Shown piece after piece: positions 41,953-51,092 of a stretch of 64,000 nt of DNA. A program made the position numbers and the translations under genes. The notes beneath the pieces were generated by a model. It had not been told where the DNA came from. It ran no database searches and saw only the letters and a program-made list of their open reading frames with translations. The stretch spans positions 3,968,001 through 4,032,000 of the forward strand of contig OZ244170.1 in NCBI GenBank assembly GCA_965216565.1. Direction: 5' to 3'. Within the stretch, counting starts at the first letter, position 1, and every line of letters starts with the position of its first letter. The stretch comes from Bythopirellula sp. (GTDB lineage: Bacteria; Planctomycetota; Planctomycetia; Pirellulales; Lacipirellulaceae).

Positions 41953-42882
41953 TTAGTTGGATTGTTCCTCGTGCTTCTGTCGGCGTGACCGTCGAGTTGC
42001 CAGTAGCCCCGCGGCACCAGTAGCCAATAGTGCGAGACCAGAAGGTTCGGGAACTGAACCGGCGTGGATTGCAACGCCCGGTTGGGTTTCGAAGGCCCAG
42101 CCGTGAATCGTTAACTTGCTGTAGTCCCCTTCCAGTTCGACATCGACCCAGGCGAAACGCGAGTCGCTATTCACATCGTCGAACTGCACACCCAAGAATC
42201 CCCGCATGCCGGGAAACTGCCCGTACGATGTAAAGAAGGAAGTAGGACCTGTGCTGTAACCACCAAAACGACTATTCAGGGTGGGGTGGGTGTAGCTCGC
42301 TGTCACACCGCCACCGGTAGAAAGAAGCTGCTTGTAGTAGCGAACCGAGGAAGTGTTGACATTAATGCGATAGCTAGAACTCAGAAATCCAAGTGCCGCG
42401 TTACTACTGCCTCCAGTGAAGAGACCTGCGTCGACGTTGGTCGAGCTCTGCAATTTTCGAGCGTAGCCACTCGTAGCAATTTGCCCACCGAAACCGATGT
42501 TCGATGCGTAGGCGTTTCCTCTATTGGTTGTGTTCCTATACGACCGAAAGTAGTTGTAGAATTTTACAGTCGCCATGGTGCCGGCAGAATTTACGTTCGT
42601 ACTCGTGCCCCCCACGTTGAAGCCATCAGTGGTTGAAAAAGAAGTCTTATTCAACCCAAGCCGTAGGTCCGGCGTGCCATCGTTATTGAGGTCCAGATCG
42701 AATGTCTGACCTGGGAGAATCATGATGTTTTGATTTATCTTGCCACTGGTCGCTGCCTCGGCCGCCTGTCCGCCAACGAGTGCTGCGCTTGCCGCCGCGG
42801 AATAGCCAATGAGCTTCTTCTTGAGTTGGCTCTTTTGATTCTTGCGCGCGAGATGTTTCTTCGATGTGCGACGTTTACGCAT
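41953..42882 (-). CDS. PEP-CTERM surface protein, Ser/Thr/Tyr-rich
   Basis: Very basic N-terminus then YSAAASAAL...AEA signal; DLNNDG; VPEPS + TM + RRSRR. Confidence 0.85.
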   Translation of the reverse strand: MRKRRTSKKHLARKNQKSQLKKKLIGYSAAASAALVGGQAAEAATSGKINQNIMILPGQTFDLDLNNDGTPDLRLGLNKTSFSTTDGFNVGGTSTNVNSAGTMATVKFYNYFRSYRNTTNRGNAYASNIGFGGQIATSGYARKLQSSTNVDAGLFTGGSSNAALGFLSSSYRINVNTSSVRYYKQLLSTGGGVTASYTHPTLNSRFGGYSTGPTSFFTSYGQFPGMRGFLGVQFDDVNSDSRFAWVDVELEGDYSKLTIHGWAFETQPGVAIHAGSVPEPSGLALLATGAAGLLATRRSRRQKHEEQSN

Positions 42883-43183
42883 GAGATCTCCCCCTTTGGA
42901 AGCCGGTTCGTCGGAAAAGAATTGAGCAACTAGATGGCAGCCGATGTCTTGGGCTTAATATAGTCGCCGGGAGTAGAATTCACCAGTTTAATCGAGTTAT
43001 TTCAATAGATACTGTTAGAGCTCGGAAAGCTGTATTATTTGCGGATAGCAATTAAACCGAGTCTGATTCAGAATTTACGACGTGGCCTTTCGCACAAGAT
43101 TCACCATGGGCTGATGCCAGCAAATCATACGTGGGGGTTTGGTAGCTAAAGGGTAGTTTTGATTTCAAGTAGCTAGGAAAACC

Positions 43184-43582
43184 ATGGAAGCTGAAGCACG
43201 CAGTGATGATGCGTTGAGAGACTGTCCGTTTTGCGGGGAGAAAATCAAAGCGATTGCTAAAAAGTGCCGGTACTGTCGCGAGTATCTTGACGAAGAGATG
43301 CGAGCGCAAAACTTGAGGGAATCGATGCCCTCGGCAATCGACCGCTTCATCGCGCCGGACTATACGCCCTCCTATGCAATTACCGCTGGATATTTAGGTT
43401 TATTCTCCTTATTGCCTTTGATCGGAGTTCTGGCAATTGCTTTTAGCTGGCATGCCCTACGCCGACTTCGGCAAAATCCTGAACAACTTGGTCGAGGAAG
43501 AGCAATGTTTGGCTTGGTGATGGGGATCATTACCACATGCTTCTGGGGAGGCATAATCATCGCCGCCGCCATCAGTGGGTGA
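43184..43582 (+). CDS. Zinc-ribbon + DUF4190-like membrane protein
   Basis: CPFCGEKIKAIAKKCRYC; hydrophobic segments with GRGRAMFGLVMG. Confidence 0.8.
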   Translation: MEAEARSDDALRDCPFCGEKIKAIAKKCRYCREYLDEEMRAQNLRESMPSAIDRFIAPDYTPSYAITAGYLGLFSLLPLIGVLAIAFSWHALRRLRQNPEQLGRGRAMFGLVMGIITTCFWGGIIIAAAISG

Positions 43583-43603
43583 GGCCGCTATTTGCCAAGT
43601 CAG

Positions 43604-46600
43604 TCAGTCCCTGCGGTAGACAGGTTCCTGGTCATCAATTTGCCAACCGACTACGTCATTCAAATTCAGGCGGAATGGCAGCCCTTGGCGGAGAAGCGGA
43701 AACAATTGCGATTCGCCCACCAACTCTCCTTCAAATTGCAGGCCCCCATAGTCTCGTGAGATTGAGTCAACCGCTAAGCGAAATTCTCCGCTCTTAACCT
43801 GTGGGATACAGTACGCTATCACCTCCAGTTGCGGATTCGCGGCCGACTCGAATCGTCTTGCTACCTCAGACAGGGCGAGTCTATGCTCTCGGTCACCAAC
43901 CACATTGGGCTGCTGTTGCCAGGAGCTTAGTGAAAGTCCCTGTCCAAGGACCAAGGGCACAACACCGCTTTGTATCCAGTGAGAAACCAAATCGTGATGT
44001 GCCGGATGCATTCGAAAACCACGCCAAGAGTCCACATCTTCGATACAGAGAATCCGGGAATGGCCTTTGGATAGTTCGCCTGTGACTCTTCGGGCAACAT
44101 CCTCTGCCTCTCGATGCTCGGTTTCGGAGAGGGCCACAGTCCCCACGACTAGCCAGTATTGGCACTTAGCGGCAGTTTCGAGTAATGGATGCGTTTCGCC
44201 GTCAAATTCCCAACCTCTGTCGAATGGCCCCTTTCCCGTTGCCAACCACACTCCAGATTTATCGAGCTGAATTGCAAAGCATCCGGAAGATTCCTCCCTG
44301 CGAGATCCCAGTGAAAGCAGTTTCTTGTCCGATAGTTTGTTTCTATCTAACGCGCTTTCGATCTGTTCGCTGTCCAAGTGCCAAGGTGTCTCGGAGAGAA
44401 AGACTGCATGAACAGTGTTAAAGTCATAGGGCAGTGCCACGGGGAATTCTCGTTGCAGTTCCCCGTATTCTTTGCCCCAAAAAACAGGCCCAGTTGATTC
44501 GCTGTGATAGAACGCAGTCGCCGACTCATCTTTCCTGGCGACTTCTAGTGCAAGTTGCTGCGCGCGGCGATGATTTTCTGTCGCTGCTGCCACGATTGCA
44601 AGATAGTCGACGTCGTTTGATTTCTGTTCGCGGCGGGACGCAAGCTGCTGAGCTTCTTTAAACATGTCCGTTCTTAGTAAGGCTGCAAAAAGACGAGCCT
44701 GATACAGGTCCCTCGTATAAGAGTACGAGAAGGAATCCTCCTCACCCTCCAGTAACTTCTTGGCGTGCTTGGCAAATGCCGAGTGGTCGCCTTGCTCCCA
44801 GGCAGCATTGGCCAAGTGGCGTGTTACTTGAGAGTCAGAGCGATGTGTGGTTCGATGGGCTAACACCAGTTGTTGCAGTCCATTCCAATCCTGGTCAGCG
44901 ATGAATTCACGTGCCAAGGTATTAAAGGCATCTTCCTTTGAGTTGTCAGACCCATAGTGCTGAGCCCAAGTTCCTGCAGCAATCGACAGTTGCAAAATGT
45001 GAGTATCGAAACCAGCACGACCGTTTGCCTCGGCCAACGATCGACCTTGCTGAAGCGACTCGATAGCCGAGTTCCACAACTGCTTTCCAGCCGCGAGTTC
45101 TGCTTTATAGTAATGCCATTGAGGATCGTCCGACTGATGTGCTTGGTGCAATTCGAGAAACGCTGCGACAGCTTCCCAGTGCCCTACTTGCGATGCCAAA
45201 TGGCACAGTTGTGCAAACCGGTTTCTCTTTTCGTCTGTAAGATTGTAGGCAGCGCTAAATCGTCCTTGCTTGTAGAGGACATTTGCCAGCATATAGTTGA
45301 GGGTCTCTGCATTGTACTGCTGGTTGTCATTTGGGTCCGATTCAGATGGTCGTTCTAACCCTTGACGCAAGAGCGCTTCCGCTTCTGCGTAACGACCATC
45401 CTCCTCTGCTAAGTGAGCAGAAAAATAGTAGCCCGCTAAGGAGTTGGGAAACTCGCGAACGAATTGAGCGCTAATCTGTTCGAGTTCTTCGAGCGAAAAT
45501 TGCGAGCCAATATCCTGGTATTCATAGACAATCGCGGTGAACAGCGCCTGCTTGCCGGGCGATTGATTCCAAGCCTCAACCCCGCGTCCAATGGAGCTCA
45601 TCGCGTCGACATAATTTTCGACGTAGCCATTGCGCGTCTGCTCGTCGTGCTCCGCTTGAAAGGCGAGTCGAAATTCGTCTGCAGCCTCTTGGAGTCTGCC
45701 AGCACTGCGCTGTGCAAGCCCGGCGACGTAATGACTTGCTGGCGACGTTGGGGAATTCCTTTGAAGATAGTCTCGCAGAAACGCAATCGCCTCTGGGTCT
45801 TGCCACGCAACCGATTGGGCCACCAAGGCTGCTGCTTTAGTTGGGTCCTTCTGACGCTCTAAGATGTTCTCAAACTGAGACTTCTGTTCAGCAGGCAACG
45901 CCAATAGCAGGGACTGCAAAGCGTTGGCGTGGTTAGGATCGATGCGGAGTATCTGCTCCCACTCCGCCAGGGCATTTTCATCTTGGCCCGAACGTTGGTA
46001 CAGTCGCGCCATTGTTTCACAAAGCTCAAGTGTCGGTCCCACACATTGCTTGTACTTCTTGGCATACTCGATGGCTCGTGCAGGATCTTTCCAGCGATAC
46101 GAATTCATCAGGCCGAAATAGGTCCCAGGTGTCTCTTGCGGTCGAGAGATTTGCTCGAAACATCGCAGTGCTTCGTCCTGTTCCCCAGCGGATTGCCAAA
46201 GATAACCAGCCGTCAGCCAACAGTACCCAACCATTTCCGGCGGGATCGGCTGGGTCTCGGCTTGCCGGAGTTTGTTTGTCGCATTTTCGTAGTCGCCCTC
46301 AGATATAAGTTGGTTCGATTCCGTGAGCAGATCGCTCCAGCGATTAAATCCTTCGTACAGATTGGTATCGAAGTGCCTTGCGTAAACTCCCCACTCTTCC
46401 GAGTAGTGAATGCCTTGATCCAACCGCTCCCAGTCGTACAGCTTCCACTGATCACCATCCCAACCAAGGATCAGACGCAATTCGGCACGGTCTTCTAGGT
46501 CGGGTAGTTTACCGTAAGCATAGATTATGCGAGTGTCGTGATCGTCCTCCGGAGTGAGTACACGAGCCACAACCAAATTGCTCCAGTAAGTATCTACATA

Positions 46601-47086
46601 AGCGGACTTTTTTAGCTGAGTTCGCAGATACCGCTTCTCCAAGAGATTATAGTTATCGAGATTTCCACCTAGCTCGATTCGCTTGAATAGCTTGTGGTGA
46701 TCAACCAAATTGCGGAATTGCTCGCTATCATTTGCCGCTGCAAATGCTCGCAGGTTGTTTAGTAGGCTTTCGATTGCTTGACGCTCTTCGACGTTTTCAA
46801 GCGGAATGCCAGGCAATACGTCATCAGAGGCCTCGAAGTTGCTAAACGCATCGACGGCTTCCGATTGCAGATGGGAAGTACTGTGCAAGCGGGTGACCGT
46901 CACGTTCTCGTCGGTTAACCGGGTCCGACGAATCACAAACCCAATAAATACGACAGTTGTGATTAGGCTAAGTAGAATTCCTCCCACGATGAGCAGGATT
47001 GGAATAACGCGGCGAGGTTTCTGGCGTTCGTCGATGGAGAGCCACTCGACATCCGAATCGAAAGAAGGATCGTTGCTGTGATTCAT
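43604..47086 (-). CDS. Large membrane-anchored TPR-like protein
   Basis: 1160 aa; N-terminal TM; TPR-like repeats such as ALAEWEQILRIDPNHANA. Confidence 0.78.
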   Translation of the reverse strand: MNHSNDPSFDSDVEWLSIDERQKPRRVIPILLIVGGILLSLITTVVFIGFVIRRTRLTDENVTVTRLHSTSHLQSEAVDAFSNFEASDDVLPGIPLENVEERQAIESLLNNLRAFAAANDSEQFRNLVDHHKLFKRIELGGNLDNYNLLEKRYLRTQLKKSAYVDTYWSNLVVARVLTPEDDHDTRIIYAYGKLPDLEDRAELRLILGWDGDQWKLYDWERLDQGIHYSEEWGVYARHFDTNLYEGFNRWSDLLTESNQLISEGDYENATNKLRQAETQPIPPEMVGYCWLTAGYLWQSAGEQDEALRCFEQISRPQETPGTYFGLMNSYRWKDPARAIEYAKKYKQCVGPTLELCETMARLYQRSGQDENALAEWEQILRIDPNHANALQSLLLALPAEQKSQFENILERQKDPTKAAALVAQSVAWQDPEAIAFLRDYLQRNSPTSPASHYVAGLAQRSAGRLQEAADEFRLAFQAEHDEQTRNGYVENYVDAMSSIGRGVEAWNQSPGKQALFTAIVYEYQDIGSQFSLEELEQISAQFVREFPNSLAGYYFSAHLAEEDGRYAEAEALLRQGLERPSESDPNDNQQYNAETLNYMLANVLYKQGRFSAAYNLTDEKRNRFAQLCHLASQVGHWEAVAAFLELHQAHQSDDPQWHYYKAELAAGKQLWNSAIESLQQGRSLAEANGRAGFDTHILQLSIAAGTWAQHYGSDNSKEDAFNTLAREFIADQDWNGLQQLVLAHRTTHRSDSQVTRHLANAAWEQGDHSAFAKHAKKLLEGEEDSFSYSYTRDLYQARLFAALLRTDMFKEAQQLASRREQKSNDVDYLAIVAAATENHRRAQQLALEVARKDESATAFYHSESTGPVFWGKEYGELQREFPVALPYDFNTVHAVFLSETPWHLDSEQIESALDRNKLSDKKLLSLGSRREESSGCFAIQLDKSGVWLATGKGPFDRGWEFDGETHPLLETAAKCQYWLVVGTVALSETEHREAEDVARRVTGELSKGHSRILCIEDVDSWRGFRMHPAHHDLVSHWIQSGVVPLVLGQGLSLSSWQQQPNVVGDREHRLALSEVARRFESAANPQLEVIAYCIPQVKSGEFRLAVDSISRDYGGLQFEGELVGESQLFPLLRQGLPFRLNLNDVVGWQIDDQEPVYRRD

Positions 47087-47143
47087 TTGCAGGCGGCAGG
47101 CGTTGAGTGACAGTCAAGGCGACCGCACAGTTCTTGGTGGAAA

Positions 47144-47656
47144 CTAGACCCCTATTGTTTTCAGCGTCCAATTCCCGATTAGCACGGCGATCAAACATGA
47201 GCCAATCCAGGTAGGCCACTGTCGCTGCACTATCGTATGACGCATCTCACGGAGGCAAAAGATTCGATAAGGGATCTGCAAAACTACGGCAATCCAAAGC
47301 AGCCAGCCCACACGATGGAACTGGATTGACTTAGTCAAATCACCACTCGACAGTGCAATAAAACTTCTTGTCAAACCGCATCCCGGGCAATCGGTTTCGA
47401 ACCAATAGCGGCTGCCACACATGGGCGGGAGCTCGACGCCACCGATGGTTACCGCCGAGGTCGTTCCGCTATCTTGGACGGAGAGCACAAGTGAAAGACC
47501 AAGTATCACAATGCTTGCTATGAGCATCGTCCAATGTCGATCGCGCAATTGTCGAACAATCTTCGCGGAATTAAGACTGGACCCTGCCTGATGTTCTGCG
47601 ACGGTCGGTTCGAGAACCAATTGGACTTCGTCATTCATGCGGGTCGCAATTCTCAA
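47144..47656 (-). CDS. DUF2752-like membrane protein
   Basis: PPMC...CPGCGLTRSF...H motif between TM helices. Confidence 0.85.
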   Translation of the reverse strand: MRIATRMNDEVQLVLEPTVAEHQAGSSLNSAKIVRQLRDRHWTMLIASIVILGLSLVLSVQDSGTTSAVTIGGVELPPMCGSRYWFETDCPGCGLTRSFIALSSGDLTKSIQFHRVGWLLWIAVVLQIPYRIFCLREMRHTIVQRQWPTWIGSCLIAVLIGNWTLKTIGV

Positions 47657-47661
47657 AAAAA

Positions 47662-48387
47662 TCAGCCCATCGTTTCGTTAGATACAGAAGGAACAAACAC
47701 GGTATCGCACTGGATGCAGCGTAACTTGCGCCCTGCCATTTCGTGGCGAAAGCGATACTTCTTTTTGCAGCTGGGACACGTTACCGAAGCTGTTGATGCG
47801 GGGTTGGCCAGCGCTTCGGAAGATGGACTATTGTTGGCCGTGGGCGATGGGGCGGGAGGCACTGGGGGTTTGAACGGTTCGCTTAGATTTGCTTGAACGG
47901 GGGCTGCTGCGGTGCTGCTTTGCTCTTCCACCAACAGGCTAACCGGATCCAAAGGAAGCTTTTCCTGGTTGAGTTCCACCCACCGTGCCGCGTCTCCATT
48001 CAGTGGACTTTTCACGTTGTAAACCTGATAGGCCAGCAATTCGCCGATGCGCATTACGATGGACGCCAATGGTTCGCCGGAACTCCAGTGGTCGCCCACA
48101 CAAATGGCATGGGGAGCAATATTCGGATGAAATACGGGCGACAACATGCGGCATTGGGGTGGAGTGCGCGGATAATTCCTTGGCAACACAATCTCAACCA
48201 TGTGGCTTTTAACGCCTTGCAACTGGTCATCGACCATGCGAACACTATTAATACGAAACTCAAGTTGGTAGCGCTCGGGAGGATCTCCCTCGGCTTGGAT
48301 CAAACGGACTCGAGGATGAAGCCGCGCGTACTCTTTCAGTTTTGCATGGTCGGCAGTCAACCGTCTCAAACGTACCGTACTCATCAA
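47662..48387 (-). CDS. E2 ubiquitin-conjugating-like enzyme with C-terminal zinc ribbon
   Basis: RLRRL N-helix; LPRNYPRTPP; FHPNIAPHAIC (HPN and catalytic Cys); W; SPLNGDAA; CPSC...CIQC. Confidence 0.9.
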   Translation of the reverse strand: MMSTVRLRRLTADHAKLKEYARLHPRVRLIQAEGDPPERYQLEFRINSVRMVDDQLQGVKSHMVEIVLPRNYPRTPPQCRMLSPVFHPNIAPHAICVGDHWSSGEPLASIVMRIGELLAYQVYNVKSPLNGDAARWVELNQEKLPLDPVSLLVEEQSSTAAAPVQANLSEPFKPPVPPAPSPTANNSPSSEALANPASTASVTCPSCKKKYRFRHEMAGRKLRCIQCDTVFVPSVSNETMG

Positions 48388-49694
48388 TCGCTCTCCTCAG
48401 CTTCTTGATCGGTAACGATATTTTGACTGGTGATGTCAAACCGTTCAGGGATCAAATCGACCAGCGTGCTAAAGTCGATCGCAAATCCCAGCCCTTCGGC
48501 AATCCTCTTTTCAGCAGTCATAGAGTTGATGCCGACTAGGTGTCCCTGAGAGTCGTAGAGTCCCCCGCCACTATTGCCGGGGTTGATTGGTGCGGAGGTC
48601 TGCAAGATCTTAAACTTCATATTCCCGCGCCTTTGACTTCGAATTTGCGAGAGGCTACCTGACGTATGGGTCCAGCCCAACCCGTGGGGATTGCCTACAG
48701 CAAATACTTCATCGCCAATCTTAGCTTTTTCGTTGTTGTCCCAATTTGCCTCTTGGACGTCTCGATTAGAAAGTGGAGCTGATACGATGGCCAGATCGAT
48801 ACCGTGGGGAGCGACCCATTCAACTGCGCCGGGAATCGACACTTGACTAATCGACATCACCATGACACTGGCGAGGTCGGACAGATTTTTTGGAGCACTT
48901 GTCGTCGAATCGGAGTAGTTCTGGTCGATGACATGCCGGTTCGTCACGATGTAGGCCTGTCCATTGTTGACTTTTAGCACAACGCCCGAGCCGATGCCGG
49001 CACGTCCGAACCCGGCATCAATTTGAATTAAGACATTCGCCCGCATGGCACGTGCGATGTACTCAGGCAAGTCGTCCAGTGAACTGGCATCAATGGCGAG
49101 TTCCGACATAGAGACGGCAGCCCGCGGTGTGCCAAAGTAGCTGGACAGCCCAATAGACCAGCCTACGACGTCTAACAGTCCCAACACCATCGCGGCAACG
49201 GCTAGTCCCATACCCCGTCGATTTTCGCGATGGATCACCAGGGCGATGCAACCGATCAGGATTGCGATAAGTCCCGTGATTATACCGAACAGAGGAATGC
49301 CCAGCAGTGCGACGACCATCGCCCAAATGCTCGCCCGATTCCACCTCCTATCAACTTTCCTGGCGTCTTCTGCCTCAAGACTATTGAACGATTTAGGCGT
49401 CGGGAGTGGCTCGGTGCTTTGAAGTTCTTCGCGAGTGATCGTCAGCGGCGTTTTTTCGCTGCTGGCAATCGTAGCTTTGCCCTCGGTACACTCATACGCG
49501 CTGCAGCCGTGGCCCTCTTGCCAACAATTTTCGTGGTGGACCGCTCCGCAAGACGTGCAGACCGCTACGGGGATGCTGAGGCTAATCTCTGCGCTGCATT
49601 TAGCACATAACGCCCCCGCCTCTCTCTCACCGGCATTGCGTATGATGGGGTCGTTGTGTGACACGTGTTTCACCAAGCTCAAAAGACTATGCAT
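48384..49694 (-). CDS. RING finger / TM / trypsin-like serine protease fusion
   Basis: CAKC...CTSCGAVHHENCW...GCSAYEC (prokaryotic RING pattern); DUF4190-like TMs; triad TNRHV, DLA, GNSGG. Confidence 0.88.
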   Translation of the reverse strand: MHSLLSLVKHVSHNDPIIRNAGEREAGALCAKCSAEISLSIPVAVCTSCGAVHHENCWQEGHGCSAYECTEGKATIASSEKTPLTITREELQSTEPLPTPKSFNSLEAEDARKVDRRWNRASIWAMVVALLGIPLFGIITGLIAILIGCIALVIHRENRRGMGLAVAAMVLGLLDVVGWSIGLSSYFGTPRAAVSMSELAIDASSLDDLPEYIARAMRANVLIQIDAGFGRAGIGSGVVLKVNNGQAYIVTNRHVIDQNYSDSTTSAPKNLSDLASVMVMSISQVSIPGAVEWVAPHGIDLAIVSAPLSNRDVQEANWDNNEKAKIGDEVFAVGNPHGLGWTHTSGSLSQIRSQRRGNMKFKILQTSAPINPGNSGGGLYDSQGHLVGINSMTAEKRIAEGLGFAIDFSTLVDLIPERFDITSQNIVTDQEAEESD

Positions 49695-49712
49695 AATTAC
49701 GCCAACATGGCG

Positions 49713-50423
49713 TCATATCTCGGAGACAACCACAAACAGTAGCATCAACGCAGAATAGATCGCAGACAGTACGATGGCCGTCCATCCCATGATACTAAAA
49801 AGTGGCCCGCATCGCTTCAGTTTGTCGCGTCTGGGAAGAATGTAACCAAGGGCGATCAATAGCATCAGAGGAGCACAAAGCCCCAACAGCGAGCAGATAA
49901 AGATTCCTGTCACCCATTGTTTCATGGATTCCAGCTCATCGCTGAGCTTACCTTGACGACGAAGATCTCCCGCCGACATGGGATCGACTGTCTCAAAATC
50001 TGTTTGGCAGTATCTGCACCGCAGAGCAATCGATTTTATTTTCTCCCCGCATGCTGGACAACTCTTCGTGTCTCCCCAGGCGGTGAGAGGTGCTTGCACC
50101 GAGGCTTCCGACTTGTCGATTATCGATGCCTGGTCACAACCATAGGTTCCACAGCCACCCACTTCTGACCAACACTCTCGATGGTGCACTTGATCGCAAC
50201 TTGGACAGGTGACGCAATCTTCGCTGACACCAATGTCACTCTGACAAATGGGGCACAGCGCATCTCGCCCAGCATCCAGGGTCACCGAGTTTAGGAGCTT
50301 CAGGTCGGCGGTAACTGCTAGACCCTGTTCGCAGCTGGGACAGCGGAACGAACGATTGGCGCGGTCCTCGGGCAAACGGATCTTCGCACCGCACTGGCAA
50401 GTAATCGTTGTGCTGCTGTCCAC
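49713..50423 (-). CDS. Zinc ribbon / RING finger / zinc ribbon membrane protein (candidate E3)
   Basis: CQC...CPSC; CPIC...CPSCDQVHHRECW...GCGTYGC; CPACGEKI...CRYC; C-terminal TMs. Confidence 0.87.
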   Translation of the reverse strand: MDSSTTITCQCGAKIRLPEDRANRSFRCPSCEQGLAVTADLKLLNSVTLDAGRDALCPICQSDIGVSEDCVTCPSCDQVHHRECWSEVGGCGTYGCDQASIIDKSEASVQAPLTAWGDTKSCPACGEKIKSIALRCRYCQTDFETVDPMSAGDLRRQGKLSDELESMKQWVTGIFICSLLGLCAPLMLLIALGYILPRRDKLKRCGPLFSIMGWTAIVLSAIYSALMLLFVVVSEI

Positions 50424-50427
50424 TTGT

Positions 50428-50967
50428 TTACGGCGCCTCAGCCACTACGCTTAGCAGGACTCGCACCACCATCCAGAATCCCTGCACGGCAAGTGAAACC
50501 AGAAACATCTTTTTGCCCTTTGGTTTACCCTGAATCATCCAGATGATGCCTACGATACACCCAATTCCGGAACAGAGAATAGCAATCACCCACTCACCGG
50601 TGGACAGGTCGTCGTCTTCGTAACCTCCAGCGGAGCTGGTCTTCTTTACCTTCTTTTGTTCTTGTTTTTTGAGATCGGGATCAAAGATCTCTCCGCAGAA
50701 CCGACACTTGACCGCCTTGCGAAGAATCATTTCGCCACAGGCGGAACAGGGCTTGCGGTCGTCTTCTTGAACCTCGCCGGAAGTCAAATCTGCTTCGCTC
50801 AGTCCAGCCAGCGGCGACGCGAGTGGGTCGAGTGCATCGTCCTCTTGTTGAAGATTCGGGATCTGCAGCACACCACCGCACTTGGGACATTTGGCTTTTT
50901 TCCCGGCGGAACTATCTGGTGTGCTGAGCGTGGCACCACAGCCGTTGCAAGTCACTTTGATAGACAC
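50428..50967 (-). CDS. Double zinc-ribbon membrane protein (paralog A)
   Basis: CNGC...CPKC and CSAC...CRFC; two C-terminal TMs. Confidence 0.85.
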   Translation of the reverse strand: MSIKVTCNGCGATLSTPDSSAGKKAKCPKCGGVLQIPNLQQEDDALDPLASPLAGLSEADLTSGEVQEDDRKPCSACGEMILRKAVKCRFCGEIFDPDLKKQEQKKVKKTSSAGGYEDDDLSTGEWVIAILCSGIGCIVGIIWMIQGKPKGKKMFLVSLAVQGFWMVVRVLLSVVAEAP

Positions 50968-51092
50968 TGGTTAACTCCCCTACAGTTAAGATCCTGTCAT
51001 TACATTCGAAATAGCAGATGCATCGAAAAGTTGGCTTCTATTTTATCGAACCTCCGTCGCCGATTCCTCATTTTTCTCCTGCGGAACAGCCG

